DNA from: Octopus vulgaris
Lineage: Eukaryota
Length of the DNA stretch: 64,000 nt
Assembly (NCBI GenBank): GCA_951406725.2
Contig: OX597827.1
Span: 44,082,001 to 44,146,000, forward strand
Direction of reading: 5' to 3'
Each line of letters opens with the position of its first letter. The stretch's first letter is position 1. Made by a program: the position numbers and the translations under genes. The notes beneath the pieces were generated by a model, which was not told the DNA's origin, did not search any database, and saw only the letters and a list, made by a program, of their open reading frames with translations. This document shows, piece by piece, positions 23,979 through 40,744 of the stretch.

Positions 23979-24277
23979 CATACATACATATATACATAGA
24001 TACATATATACATAGATAAATCCATACATACATACATACATACATACATACATACACACACACATACATACACACATACATACATACATACATACATACA
24101 TACACACATACATACATACATACATACATACATGCATACATACATACATACATACGTATCCATACATTCATACATAATGATATGAATATAATCGTATCAA
24201 GATCGCTATTAGTTTCCGATGTCTAACAGATACATCATAATTAACGAGGTATAACATCGTATAACATTACAGCTAGC

Positions 24278-25996
24278 ATTGTTGTTGTTGCTCTATTTGT
24301 CGTCGTCGTTCGTAATGAATGGCGGTGGAGGAAATGGGGGTAGGGAATTATGCACCTGTTATTACTGTTGTTGTTGTTGTTGGGGGGTTGTTGTTGTTTT
24401 TGCTGGTGGTGGTGGTGGTGGTGGTGGTGTGGTGAATGTAATTTGTGGTAGTGGTGATAGCTATGGTGGTAATTATGTACTGATGTTGCTGTCGTGGCTA
24501 TTGTTGTTGATGGTGGAGGTGGTGGTGGTGGTTGTGGTGGCGGTGGTAGTGGCGCTGTTGATTTTGTTAATGCTGCTGTTTTTATTGGCATTGGTGTCTT
24601 GTTGTTGTTTTTAATGGTGGTGGTGGGGGTGGGGGTGATGGCGATGGCGGTGGCAATGGAGGTGGCAATGGCGGTTGCGATGGCGGTTGCGATGGCGGTG
24701 ATTAGAGTCGATGCAGCCGGTTGTGTTAGCAATGTGATAACAAGATAATGTTCTTGTTGTTGTTGTGGATGGTATTAGTGATGGTGGTGTCGGTGGCGGC
24801 GGCTGCGGTGGCGGAGAACGGTGGAGACAGTGGTCAAGGTTGCTGTGTTTTGCCGCCAGTCATAGCATTAACATTGCTAGTGATAATTAAGGTCAGTGGA
24901 TGTGATGGTGATGTTGAGTTTTTTGTGATGGTATTGGTAGTGGAGGTGGTGGTGGTGGTGGTCACCGTGGTCACCGTGGTGGTCATCATGATGATGGTCA
25001 GCGTGGTGGTGGTCATCGTGGTAATGTTCAATGTGGTGGTGGTGGTAGTAGTGGCGGTGACCATCTCGGCGGTGGTATTGGTGGTGTTGGTAGTTGTGAT
25101 GATAGTTACGGTGGTGGTGATGGTAGTGGTCATCGTGGTGGTGGTGGTGGAGGTAGTGGTCATCGTGGTGGTAGTTGTGATGATATTTATGGTGGTAGTG
25201 GTGGTAGCGGTGGTGGTAGACGTAGTGGTGAAGGTGACCATCTTGGTTCTGGTGGTGGTGGTGGTGGTGGTGGTAGTGCTCATCGTGGTGGTGGTGGAGG
25301 TATTGGTCATTGTGGTGGTGGTGATGGTAGGGGTGGTCACGTATTATTTCGGGGATGACGTATTGGTATTCTCAATAGTTTATGGTGATTTCTTTGGTGT
25401 TGGAATTGGTTGTTGTTGTTATTGTTGTTACGGTACTGGTGCTGGTGCTGGTTATGGTGGCGATGATAGTGATTGCTGTGGAGGTTGCAATGCTACTTAG
25501 CGGTTGTGCTGGTGGTGTTTCTTGTTGTGGTTGTTGTTGTGGCTGTGTTCGTAGTGCAGGTGATGGTTGTGGCAGCGTAGGTGGTGCTTGAGATGGTGGT
25601 GGTGGTGGTGGTGGTAGTTCTAGTGGTGACGGTAGTTGCAGCTGGTTAGTAGTGGTGTTAGTGGTGATGATGGTGTTATCGATGGTTGAGATGTGATGGT
25701 CGTAGTTGTGGAGGTCGAAGTGGTTGTTGTTGTGATGGTGGTGGTCGATGTCACCATAGTGGTGGTGGTGGTGGTTGTGGTGCTGGTGGTGCTGGTGGTG
25801 GTGCTGGTGGTGGTCGAGGCAACGGTGGTGCTGTTGATGGTTGGGATATGGTGGTGGTATTGGTGGTGGTGGTGGTGGTGGTAGTATTGATGGTAGTGGT
25901 GGTTGTTGGTGGTAGTAGTAGTGGTGGTGTTGGTGGTGTTAGTAGTGATGGTGGTTTGGGGAGGTGGTGGTGATGGTGGGGGTGGGGGTGGGGTGT
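24278..25996. repeat. (GGT)n-based G/T-rich low-complexity tract
   Basis: Degenerate GGT/GTT/GAT triplets giving poly-V/G/W pseudo-ORFs. Confidence 0.9.
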
Positions 25997-26785
25997 GAAG
26001 GCATTGGTGGTTAAGATACAGAGTGCGCTATAAGGTGACCTACATATTGAGATTTCTTTTGATTCTTTATTTTCGCAGAATCATATCTTTTTCAATGGAA
26101 GCAACGAAACACGCGCGTATGCGCGGGCACACACACACATACACACACACACATACACACACACATACACACACACACACATACACACACACACACATAC
26201 ACACACACACACACATCCACACACACGCACAAGTGTATACATACACACAAACGCACACTATACATATGCGTGATTTTTGTATATATGTGCATTTGCACGT
26301 GTATGTGTATGCGTATGTGTGCGTGTGTACGTGCGCGAACGCACGCAACAATCACCTCCATATGTGTATGTAGATATATATATCTATGTATATATATATA
26401 TCTATGTGTATATATATCTATGTGTATGTGTATGTGTGTACACGTACACACTCGTACTCAGACACATGCATACACATACTTAACACACACGCATACATGT
26501 ATATATGTGTGTATGTATGTATGTATGCATGCATGTATGTATGCATGTATGTATGTATGTATGTATATATGTGTGTGTATGTATATATATATATATGTAT
26601 GTTTACTTACACGTACACATACACATCCACGCTCACTCATACACACACACACACATATACCCATATACATACACAAATAAACAAGTGATAGAATAGCTTG
26701 TAATGAAATGTAATGCACGATTCATTACACGCACGCACACACACACTTAAAATCAAACACACATGTATACAAAAATACATGCACG

Positions 26786-26846
<61 letters not shown>

Positions 26847-26894
26847 TATGCATGCATAGATACATATGTATATGCATATATATGCACACGCAAA

Positions 26895-26936
<42 letters not shown>

Positions 26937-27072
26937 CAAATATATAAAAAACATATGATATATATATATATACACATATATACACATATATATATATATA
27001 TATACACATATATATACATGCACACACATGTATGTATGCATACATACATACATGCATACATACATACATACA

Positions 27073-27103
<31 letters not shown>

Positions 27104-27170
27104 GTATATGAGTGTGTGTGTGTGTGCATATATATATATATATGCATATATATAAACTATAAAAGGAAAC

Positions 27171-27214
<44 letters not shown>

Positions 27215-27638
27215 GGAGGGAGAGAGAGAGATGTATATATCGTATAAGTGTGTGTGTGTGTGTAATACTCATATAGGTGAGTGCATAAAATTTACTCAGT
27301 ATTTTCTTACAAATGAACCATTATTTTGCAGGGGTTCACCACACCATTAGATTTGACACTGATGGTGGTGTGTGGGTGAAACACTCGGGCTGTTCGTAAT
27401 AGAAAACTGAACGCCTCCAACAGATTTCAACAACAATAAAAACCAAAACCTGTAAACGGCAAACGGTTTCTTTTCCTATTGTTCCTTTTTTTCTTCTATT
27501 TTTTTTTTTTTAAATTAAGACTTTTTTTTACTTGTTTTGCAATGGTGGATTTCTAGGTCGAGTGATTTTAATCTAATATATGCATATACGCGTATGCATG
27601 TGTGTGTGTGTGTATGCTCATATATGTCTGTGTATGGG

Positions 27639-27689
<51 letters not shown>

Positions 27690-27860
27690 GTATGTATGTA
27701 TATATGTATGCATGTATGTGTGCTTTGAATATGTAGATAAATATGCATACATATAAGTGTATGTTTGAAAGTGTGTGCATATATAATATGTTTGTATGTA
27801 TGCATGTACGTATGTATATGTATCAAAACAGATTTTCTTACATCAATTAATTTTATTATT

Positions 27861-27965
<105 letters not shown>

Positions 27966-28344
27966 GATAATATGTATGTGTGTGTGTAAGTGCAATATGT
28001 GAGCATAGATATACATATTTGTATACAAGTAGATGCATATATGCACGTATGTGTATGCGTGTTTCACCAATACGGTGCCACAACGGTGAAACTGTGCAGT
28101 AATGGACGTGTAACAGCGCATTACTCTGCTTAGCCCGCACATACACGGACACGCACACAGACACAAACACACGAACACATATTTTACGTGTGTGTTTCTG
28201 CGTGCGTGAGGGTTGCATCAGGGTACTCTGTTGCGCACGTGTATATATATATACACACACACACACACATGCACATCCATGCATATAAACTTCTATGTAT
28301 TATATATGTGTGTGTGTGTGTGTGTGTGTATGTGTGTGTGTGTA

Positions 28345-29420
28345 TACATACGTACGTACGTGTATACATACATTCATACACTCATACATACATGCATACA
28401 TACATACATACATACATACATACATACATACATACATACATACGTATGAACGTAGATGCATATATACATATATACATACGTACGAACGTACATACACACA
28501 TACGTACGTACATACATACTTACCTACATACATACGTACGTACGTACATACATATATACAAACATACATACATACGTACTTACATACTTACCTACATACA
28601 TACGTATGTACGTACATACATATATACAAACATACATACATATGTACGTACATACGTACGCACATACGAACGTACTCACAGACATGCGTTCGTACGTACA
28701 CACATACACACATACATACGTACATACATAATTCGTACGTATTTACACACGTACATCCATTCATACATAAATACGTACGTACATACACATATACACATAT
28801 ACATACATACGTACGTACATACATACTTACCTACATACATACGTACTTACGTACATACATATATACAAACATACATACATATGTACGTACATACGTACGC
28901 ACATACGAACGTACTTACAGACATACGGTCGTACGAACACACATACGTACATAATTCGTACGTATTTACACACATACATTCATACATACATAAATACGTA
29001 CGTACATACACATATACACATATACATACATAGGTACGTACATACATACTTACCTGCATACATACGTACGTACGTACATACATATATACAAACATACGTA
29101 CATATGTACGTACATACGTACGCACATACGAACGTACTTACAGACATACGTTCGTACGTACACACATACACACATACATACATACATACATACATACATA
29201 CATACATACACACACACATACATACATGCACACATACATACATACATACATACATACATACATACACACATACATACATACATACATACATACATACATA
29301 CATACATAATTCGTACGTATTTACACACATACATTCATACATACATAAATACGTACGTACATACACATATACACATATACATACATACGTACGTACGTAC
29401 GTACGTATGCATACATACAT
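28345..29420. repeat. (TACA/TACG)n satellite with ~220-240-bp higher-order repeat
   Basis: Landmark motifs GCACATACGAACGTACT.ACAGACAT (about 28660, 28899, 29122) and ATAATTCGTACGTATTTACACAC (about 28728, 28951, 29306) recur in order. Confidence 0.85.
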
Positions 29421-29789
29421 CTCCATTAGCATCGGCTATATGTTCTGTTTATGTACAGCTTTGTCCGCTCGAATTCACGCATAATATATATTATTTATAT
29501 CTGCGTGTGTTTGCGGCCATATACAAATGTTTGCACGTATGAATCTGTTTATTTATGGTTTCCCACATATACATACACGTGCACATATATATGTTTATAC
29601 GCACATACGCACACACATATATACATACATATATATACATATATATGTGCGTGTGAGGACTGTAGTGCACGCATGTAAGCGTGTGGTTGTAAGTATTGTG
29701 CGTCCGTACATTTATGTATGTTTCGATACGTGCTTCAAGCGTTATCAGGCATTATTTATCAATACACTAAACACACAAACGCACATGTC

Positions 29790-29835
<46 letters not shown>

Positions 29836-30072
29836 TACACGCATTTATACACAGACATACACACACACAATTACATACAAGTGTATAAATGTGCGTGTGC
29901 GCGCGTGTGTTCACACATTTACGTTTGTATATACATATATACATGTATGTATATGTATATATATATGTGTGTGTGTGTGTATATTATATGCATACAGATA
30001 TATATTTACACACACATTCAGAAATATAAATCCACAGACACACACACGTACTCATTCACACGCACACACATA

Positions 30073-30241
<169 letters not shown>

Positions 30242-30594
30242 GTATATGTATATGTATATATGTGTGTATGTTATATGTATTCAGGTATATATTTACACAC
30301 ACATTCAGAAATACAAATCCACAGACACACACACAGGTACTCGTATACACACGCATACAGAACACACACACATACACAATCACACACGCGCAGATGTACA
30401 TTGAAATATATATATATATACATACATACACGTATAAACACGCTACCGTTCTCAATCCACACCAAGTTCGTTTATTCAAACGATATTGTTAGAATACAAT
30501 ACCAGAGAAGCTTAAGCGACACTTGAGGCAAACTGCGGATGGATGATAAAACTAGGGAGCTTATTGGATAATCAATAACGTGTTAACACACGCA

Positions 30595-30632
<38 letters not shown>

Positions 30633-30729
30633 CACACACACACACGGACGGACGGACACACATACATACATTTCACGCACACAAACGCGTATGTATTCAT
30701 ATGCACATGCGCACATACATGCACGCAAA

Positions 30730-30778
<49 letters not shown>

Positions 30779-31084
30779 GATATATATATATATGTATTTG
30801 TATATATATATATATACCTACTCACATATACCTACACACATATACACACAGTGAAATGCAAACATTCATATATACAAACACATACATACGCACGTACACA
30901 TGTACATACATACAAAGAAATGTAGATATTGATATATGTACATACATACATACACACATATATATATACACATATATATCTATATATATATATATATACA
31001 TATGTATATATACATATATATATATACATAAATATATACGTATGTTCATATATATATATATATACATAGTTATATATATATATA

Positions 31085-31125
<41 letters not shown>

Positions 31126-31389
31126 GCATACATACATGCATCCATGCAAGCGCAAGCACACACACATTCCCACATGGGCTGCATGGATGAGTGCGCATGG
31201 AGGTATGTGATGTGCACTAACATGGGCATGTGTGTGTGTATGCGTGTGTGTATATCATGACGTGTGAGTGAGCGTCTGCGAGCGTGCGCATGTTGCACGC
31301 TTGCATGTATGAATTCTTATGTGAATGCGTGCACATGTCTTTGTGTTGCTATAACATAATAGATAGAAATATACATGTACGTATTTATA

Positions 31390-31468
<79 letters not shown>

Positions 31469-31696
31469 CATATATGCACATACACACATGTATATATGTG
31501 TATTTGTATATATATATATATATATATATATAACATATATATATGTATATGCTTATACACACATAGACACACACACATATATATATAAACATATACATAT
31601 ATATACAAGTATGTGTATGTGTGTTTGCGTAAGCGGGTAGAGAGGGATACGGAAGTAGGAATGCAAGAGGGGACTCGGAACTGGTTTTTGAGTGGC

Positions 31697-32975
<1,279 letters not shown>

Positions 32976-33506
32976 TATAACTATATTCATAACACCATAG
33001 CAACAGCTGTCCTACAAACATCAATGGGATAATTTTGAGGTGGGTGTATATGTGTGAGGGTGTGTACGAGTGTGTGGACGTGTATCTGTGCATGTGTTTG
33101 TATGCGAGCGTGAGGGTGCGTTTGTATTACATTAGTATGTGTATACGTATTATACATCCTTACACATTGGTGAGTGTATATTTATTTTGAGTGTGTATTT
33201 ATATGAGTGTATGTGTGTGTGTATACATATTTATGCCTTCGTTTAGGTCGGGTGTTTATGTATAAATTTATGTATGCGTATGTGTGCGTGTGTATATATG
33301 CGTGTTTATTTGTGAGTGGTTGAGCGCCTGTGTGCAAATATATGTGTGTGTTGTTCGCGTGTGTATGACTGTGTGTACAAGAGTTTATTTTACCGTATGT
33401 ATATGTGTGTACGTGTGTGCTTATATTTTTGTGGGTAGTATATGTCCGGCTTCCCGATCTTTTGGTGGTATGCACATATAGGAATGTATGCTTATGCATA
33501 TATGTG

Positions 33507-33537
<31 letters not shown>

Positions 33538-33608
33538 GCATATGTATGTATGTGTATGTATATATATATACAGGTATAAATATATGTATGTATGTATGTA
33601 CGTATATG

Positions 33609-33654
<46 letters not shown>

Positions 33655-33656
33655 CC

Positions 33657-33690
<34 letters not shown>

Positions 33691-33773
33691 TTTGTATGTG
33701 CATGCATGTATGTATGCATATGTATGTATGTGTATGTATATATGCAGGTATATATATATATATATTTACATAA

Positions 33774-33805
<32 letters not shown>

Positions 33806-34059
33806 ATGTATGCATCTGTATGTGTATGCATATATGCAGGTATATATATGTGTGTGTGTGTGTATCACCTGGTAAATCAGGAATCGGGCAACATGGCCCA
33901 CTTAATTAGTTGTTGTTTACGGAGATATATCCAGGTGTAGGAGGTTTATTCGCGATTTCTTGAAGGAATATGTCCAAAGACTTCCTGAACTTTATATTTC
34001 TGCCTTAATGTGTTTTGTAGTAATTTTATAGAGAGCGGGGTCAATTGAGGTGCAGGGGG

Positions 34060-34232
34060 GGTCAGTCGATTAGATCGACCCCAGTACGAAACTGGTACTT
34101 AATTTATCGACCCCGAAAGGATTAAAGGTAAAGTCGATCTCGGCGGAATTTGAACTCAGAACGTAGCGGCAGACGAAATGCCGCTAATCATTTCGCCCGG
34201 TTTGCTAACGCTTCTGCCAGCTCGCCGCCTTA
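34060..34232 (-). mobile_element. Family-B SINE
   Basis: GTCGATTAGATCGACCCCAGT...GGCGGAATTTGAACTCAGAACG...GCCAGCTCGCCGCCTT. Confidence 0.85.
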
Positions 34233-34475
34233 ATTAATTAATTAATTAATATTATTGCCCAAGCTCTTTCTCCGATTAAATTTCATGATTTCTTATTTTT
34301 GGTCAACGTTTACGTATGCGTATGTATGTATGTATGTATGTACGTACGTACGTACGTACGTACGTACGTATGTATGTATACATATATGTTTTTATGTATT
34401 TGTATGTACGTATGGATGTGTGCATGTATGTTTGTGTGTATATATATATATGTGTGTGTGTGTGTGTAATATGTG

Positions 34476-34740
34476 TGTTGTAACGTAATTTGTTACGTAC
34501 AATAAGCAAGATGACCAGACAACAATATAAACAATGTAACGAATTAACAAATCTCGTTACGAACCCACAATCAATAATTCTTGTGAAGTGACCAAGCGAC
34601 ACCTTCCGACTTCACTGCGAACTAACACGAACTTCACTCGACTCCGAAATCTGAACCTTTGAACTTATTCGGATCGTTACTATTTTTACTCTACTCGGAA
34701 CAGACTGTCTCTCGCAAGTGTCGTAACTCTCATCACAACA
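34476..34740. mobile_element. Possible solo LTR
   Basis: A 265-bp complex island in a microsatellite, bounded by TGTTGT...ACAACA (TG...CA inverted termini). The TSD is ambiguous (ATGTG/GTATG). Confidence 0.45.
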
Positions 34741-34869
34741 GTATGTATTATGTACGCATATATAGACAGATACATAGATAGATAGGAGAGCAAGCACAGA
34801 CGCAAAAAACACTCACCCACCCACCCACACAAACACACACACACACACGCACACACATATATATATATG

Positions 34870-35113
34870 ATCTCAGCTCCCAGGCACAAGACCAGCAGTC
34901 GCCCATGCATACCAGCCTTCCCTCTCCATGCCACCAGTGTTATCCAAGGGAAAGGCAAAGGGGCCGATACAGCTTGGCACCAGTGACGTCACAACTCATT
35001 TCTACAGCTGAGTGAACTGGAGCAATATGAAATAAAGTGTCTTGCTCAAGAACACAACACGCAGCCCGGTCCGGGATTCGAACCTCACCATCTAACCACT
35101 GAGCTATGCACCT
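34870..35113 (-). mobile_element. tRNA-derived SINE (third family)
   Basis: Minus strand shows an A box (TAGCTCAGTGG), a B box (GGTTCGAATCC) and body TTGAGCAAGACACTTTATTTCA..TTGCTCCAGTTCACTCAGCTG. Confidence 0.75.
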
Positions 35114-35115
35114 TC

Positions 35116-35182
<67 letters not shown>

Positions 35183-35183
<1 letters not shown>

Positions 35184-35990
35184 CAACATGCCCAAACCTT
35201 CTAGAAGGATCAGAATTCCTTTTCAAAGAGGGACAAAAATTCAAAATCAAATCTGACTTTACTTGTGCTTCAGAAAACCTGATTTATGTCATAAGATGCT
35301 CAGGCTGCCACCAAAACTACATAGAGTCCACAGGATTATCGCTCAAACGCAGATGCACTCTACATCGACAGCAGATTGCATTTCCAGAATACAGAATGAT
35401 ACCCTTTAGTGAACATATTGAGAAATGCGCTAAGCAACTGCTACCACAATTTGTAATATTTCCATTCTATTAATGTACCATTGGAACACCAACGCAAGTT
35501 ATATCAAATAAGGAAACCTTCGTCATTGAAAAATATACCATTTCTAACATTTTAAAATATAGAAACTCACCTCATTGGAAAAAAATATAAAGCAAAACCT
35601 AACTGCTTGTAACATTCTATTCCTTCTAAACCAAATCTTGTTAAATTAATCAAGCCTAGTCATTCCCAACATCTCTGATTATCTCCCATATATCAGAAAA
35701 AATCCTTGATTACTTTCCCCTGCTTGGAACTCCATATTTCATAACATAGCCAAGACATGACACGATATAGGTAAAGAAATCTGAGAAATTTGAAAATAAA
35801 ATACGAAACCGGTTATTTCTCCAAAAGCTGGTTACTATACGCAAAATTTTATAACATTTTTCTAACATAGCGACTTAAATATATTCTTTAACCATATAAC
35901 ACAAGCCTTCTGTAGCTTTTTCCCTCTTTTTTTGTCTTTTATACATCCAACCACGTGTTTTCACATACCAACTCTACCATCTCTCTCACC
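35183..35990 (+). mobile_element. Penelope-like element 3' part: GIY-YIG endonuclease relic plus UTR
   Basis: TCPNL...FKIKSDFTCASENLIYVIRCSGCHQNYIESTGLSLKRRCTLHRQQI...SEHIEKC...NKETFVIEKY has the LIY...YIG-like motif, the Arg, the His and the catalytic Glu region. It is flanked by (TA)n. Confidence 0.8.
35775..35820 (+). ncRNA. Degenerate hammerhead motif downstream of GIY-YIG relic
   Basis: AGAAAT CTGAGAA ATTT...AAATAC GAAA CCGG TT ATTTCT. Stem I is a perfect 6 bp and stem III is the palindrome ACCGGT. The core is damaged. Confidence 0.55.
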
Positions 35991-35991
35991 T

Positions 35992-36024
<33 letters not shown>

Positions 36025-36028
<4 letters not shown>

Positions 36029-36192
36029 ACTGGCTTATTTTCAGTTTCCGTCTACCAAATCTACTCACAAGGCTTTGGTCGGTATAAGCCTATAGTAGAA
36101 GACACTTGCCCAAGGTGCCACGTAGAGGGACTGAACCAGAAACCATGTGGTTGAGCAGCAAGCCTCTTATCATATAGCCATGCCTGCGCCTA
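36025..36192 (-). mobile_element. Family-A SINE 5' half
   Basis: TTCAGTTTCCGTCTACCAAATC...GACACTTGCCCAAGGTGCCACG...CCTGCGCCT. Confidence 0.8.
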
Positions 36193-36532
36193 GATAATTA
36201 TTTTTATACAAGTCCCAATAATATTTAATTATGAAAATATCATAGGACTTTTTTTACAGCGAATATCTATGAGGGTCTACACGAGTAAAACAGGATTGAA
36301 AAGGATCCATAGGTAAAAAAAAAATGAAAAGAAATGGTTGAGAACCATTAGGTTAGTGGGTCAAATCGGCCCCTAGTATTTATGTTTTAAAAGTCGAGTA
36401 ATTATTCTAGCGGTTTCCCTTTCGCCCACTGCTAATAAGCGGAGAGAAAAATAAAAAAAAACGTTACCTATTGTGAAATGGTAACAGACACACACAGAGT
36501 TGCTGATACACTCACATATATATCATACAAAT

Positions 36533-36568
<36 letters not shown>

Positions 36569-36728
36569 ACACACACACTCATAAACATACACGTGTTCAT
36601 GTGTGTAAAAGAAGCTGCATAGTATGAGTGTGTTTGTACATAAACTTACATGTTTGTGTGTATGCACATATGTGCACACATACATACACACACACAAACA
36701 TATATATATATATATGTATATACGTATG

Positions 36729-36768
<40 letters not shown>

Positions 36769-36780
36769 CATACATATATA

Positions 36781-36822
<42 letters not shown>

Positions 36823-37068
36823 TGTGTATGTATGTGTGCATGTATGTATTTACACATATACGCATATATGTATGTCTGTATTGTATGTTCGTGTGTGTAT
36901 ATGTGTACATGAATAAATATGCGTGTGTGTGTGTGTATGTATGCATGTATGTATATACACATATGTATATATGTATGTTTGTATTATATGTTTGTGTGTG
37001 TATATGTTTACAAGAATATATATATGCGTGTATGTGTGCGTGTGTATGTGTGTATGTCTATGTATGCG

Positions 37069-37121
<53 letters not shown>

Positions 37122-37753
37122 GTGTGTTTGTGTCTACCTGTGCGTATTTGTGTGTGTGTATGTGCGTGTGCGTAAAACAAAGAAGAAAAAGAGGGAGGAA
37201 AAATATGCATAGATTCAACGATGTTAGAGAGACACATATATGTGTTTATGACATTGTGTATGTTTACGCACGCGCGTGTGTGTATATATATTTGTGTGTG
37301 TGTGTTTGAGTACCATGTGTATTTGTGCGTGCGTGCATTCATACATGAGTCTTTTGTCTAAACCTAATTCATTGGATTTAATATTTCATAGGCGATAATT
37401 GAGTAACGAATAGAACTGGAAAATAGAAGCTGAATAGAATTGACAATCGCTGCGGGGCTGCTTTTAAAAGTAATCACTCTAAATGCAAGAAGAAGGTTAC
37501 TAATGTTGGCCTTCGATGGCCGGGGTTAAAATTTGTATGACAGGTGTAAAGTACAACGTGAGAGCTACGCTGCCGTGATGTGCTGAACTTGTTGACCTTG
37601 GCACTGTTAGGGACCAGTGGTGAAAGCTGATTGGTTAGTTGCAGAGTGCTCAATATCTCTATGTGAGGGCTATCGCCCTTTTGATGCAGAAATCGATGTC
37701 GAGGATAAAGGAATGTATGTGCTGTGTGAGTGTGTGTGTGTGTGTGCATGGAA

Positions 37754-37870
<117 letters not shown>

Positions 37871-38573
37871 TACAGGCACATGAACATATGCATATATATA
37901 TATATGTTTTTACTATACAGATTCACCACAGTGAATCGATACTGTTTCCACAGCCCCTTCGGTCGATGGAATAATTACCTGGCTTGAAAAGAAAAATAGG
38001 TACCGGTGTCGATATATTCGACTGAAACCCTTTCGATTTGATGCCCCAGCATGGCCGCACTTCAATGAGCGATACAAGTAAAAATTAAGATACACGGATT
38101 TCTATATATACATTTCTGTATATACATTCGTACATACAATACATATGTACATAACATACATTCATTCATACATCCTTACATACTAACAAAAAATGCATGC
38201 ATACATAATGAGGAAGTTAATTAAAAGACTACAGTTACATGCAATCGCTGGAACTGACAGAATATGAAAAACTTACCAAAAGCTTAGCGCATAAGTACAT
38301 ATGCACATGTCTGGACACGCAACGATATGTATGAAAATCGATGTATAAAACAAACCATACAAATCTGCTCGTGCTCTGACACCAAATATTGCACACCTAC
38401 GCATAAACTTGCACAAATACCCTGTTGATGTTTAAAATTCCGATGAAGGAGCCTTGAATCTATGTTAGAAACGGGCTCTTTCTCCATTGGCAAAAATATA
38501 GAGCTGAACTACATACATACATACATACATACATACATACATACATACATACATACATACATACATACATACA

Positions 38574-38607
<34 letters not shown>

Positions 38608-38947
38608 CATACATAAATGAAAGAATGGAGTTGAACGACAAATTAACAAATTTCCTTTATTTTCGACATATGTTTCGAAGGCTGCATATTCCTAATTGTG
38701 AAGGAATAAAAGAATTATCCATAAAAAGATATTTCATTTTTCTACTCAAATATATACATACATACTTACATGCATATAGCTGAAGTAAAACTATGCAAGA
38801 CTTTCCTCAAGTTTAAAATGTGACATTGTTCTCGTTATCTATATTCCAACGATGGAGCTTTATATCTTAGTTAGAAATCAGCTCCTTCTTCAGAGGAAGA
38901 TTTAAATTAAAATCAGAAGCGTACATGCATGCATACATGAAAAAAAA

Positions 38948-39232
38948 GGCAATCCGTCGGTTACGACGGGGGAGGGTTCCAGTTGATCCGATCAACGGAA
39001 CTGCTTGCTCGTGAAATTAATGTGCAAGTGGCTGAGCACTCTACAGACATGCGTACCCTTAAAGTAGTTCTCAGGGAGATTCAGCGTGACACAGATTGTA
39101 ACAAGGCTGGCCATTTGAATAACAAGTACAACTCATTTTTGCCAGATGGGTTAGATAAAGTGTGTTACTCTCCGTCTGAAATCGAACTCACCACCTTCCG
39201 ATGGTGTGCCGAATACCCTAACCACTAAGCCA
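38948..39232 (-). mobile_element. tRNA-derived SINE (same family as 51907-52197)
   Basis: Shares TGAGCACTC...CG.GTAC.CTTAA.GTAGTTCTCAG..GATTCAGCGTGACACA. The minus strand has a tRNA-like head (TGGCTTAGTGG, GTTCGATT). Confidence 0.7.
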
Positions 39233-39995
39233 TGTATACATCCAAACATATGTAAGGGCTACTTTGATGTTTGTAAAACATTCCAGCTTAGCATCAGATA
39301 CAAGCACCTCATACGCAGTGTAAACATGCAAACATCGCTATGTGTACACATACTTGAGTAAAAACATAAAGATGATCCACTCGCGCCATGACATTAAAAC
39401 TTGCACACTTGCATACGTTTACACATATATACAAGTGTGCAAACATTCTTTATGTATACATACGTACGTGCATGCATACTGATGCAAACATATGATGTCT
39501 TTCACGCTTACACACATACATGTCCATATACATCCTGTATATGAACACATACACATGCACACATCCTTATACATACACAGACAGGAAGCCCTCCACATAT
39601 ACAAACACATATATACATGCATGCAAATATATATACATAAATACATACATACATTCATTTACACACACATACACACACGCACATATATATATAAACGTTC
39701 TTACAAACACATACGCATAAACACATACACACACACATATATATATATAAACGTACTTATAAACCCATACACATATACACATACACACACACACATATAT
39801 ATATATATATAAACGTACTTACAAATACATACACATATACACACTCACACATGCATAAACACATAAAATACATATGCATATACACACACGTACATACATA
39901 CATACATACATACATACATACATAAATATATACTCACATACATGCATACATACACATAGATACATACATATACATATATGTGTGTGTGAATGTAT

Positions 39996-40050
<55 letters not shown>

Positions 40051-40458
40051 CACATGTCGATGCTATAGTTAAGATGTCAGCCAGCAACACTTGTGTAAAG
40101 CCCTTATTACAGACTTGATAGGTTCCGTCTTGAACATGTTGATTATCCGAACAGTTTCGAGTGAGCAACTCCCTGGCAACGTTTGCGAAACTGAGCTGGT
40201 TGTTGATTACACAGATGGAAGGGTTTGTGAAGGCAGGGATGGATACGTGCTTGGAGGTATGTGGTAAATGTAGGGGGAAAAGACCGGGGAGACCTCCCTG
40301 ATTGCTATTAGACTGTAATGGAGGGAGAGAGGATAAGAAAAATTGGATTGAAGTGGTAGGAAGAGGAGTGAGTAGAATGGCAGCTACAGCTATTGATGGT
40401 GACGGCGGTGGTGCTGCCATTCTTGCTAATGCTGTCGTTTCTCTAAAATGGTGAACAA

Positions 40459-40740
40459 GAAAGTAAAGAAGAAGAAGAAGAAGAAGAAGAAGAAGAAGAA
40501 GAAGAAGAAGAAGAAGAAGAAGAAGAAGAAGAAGAAGAAGAAGAAAAGAAGAAGAAGAAGAAGAAGAAGAAGAAGAAGAAGAAGAAGAAAAAAAGAAGAA
40601 GAAGAAGAAGAAAAGAAGAAGAAGAAGAAGAAGAAGAAGATTATGGTGGTGGTGGCGCGGCGGCGGCGGCGGGTGGGGCGGGGTGGTGGTGGTTGTGGCG
40701 GTGGTGGTGGTGGTGGTGGTGGTGGAGGACAGTGGTGGTA
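40459..40740. repeat. (GAA)n then (GGT/GGC)n
   Basis: Direct triplet runs. Confidence 0.95.
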
Positions 40741-40744
40741 GTTA

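Noticed and set aside
38435-38490. CCGATGA...GAAAC hammerhead-like string (related sequence near 38845-38900)
   Set aside because: Stems I and II cannot be paired in the required topology.
40048-40330. Complex island possibly coding (HVDAIVK...)
   Set aside because: It has stops and frameshifts and only a faint resemblance to a LINE RT. It cannot be assigned by eye.
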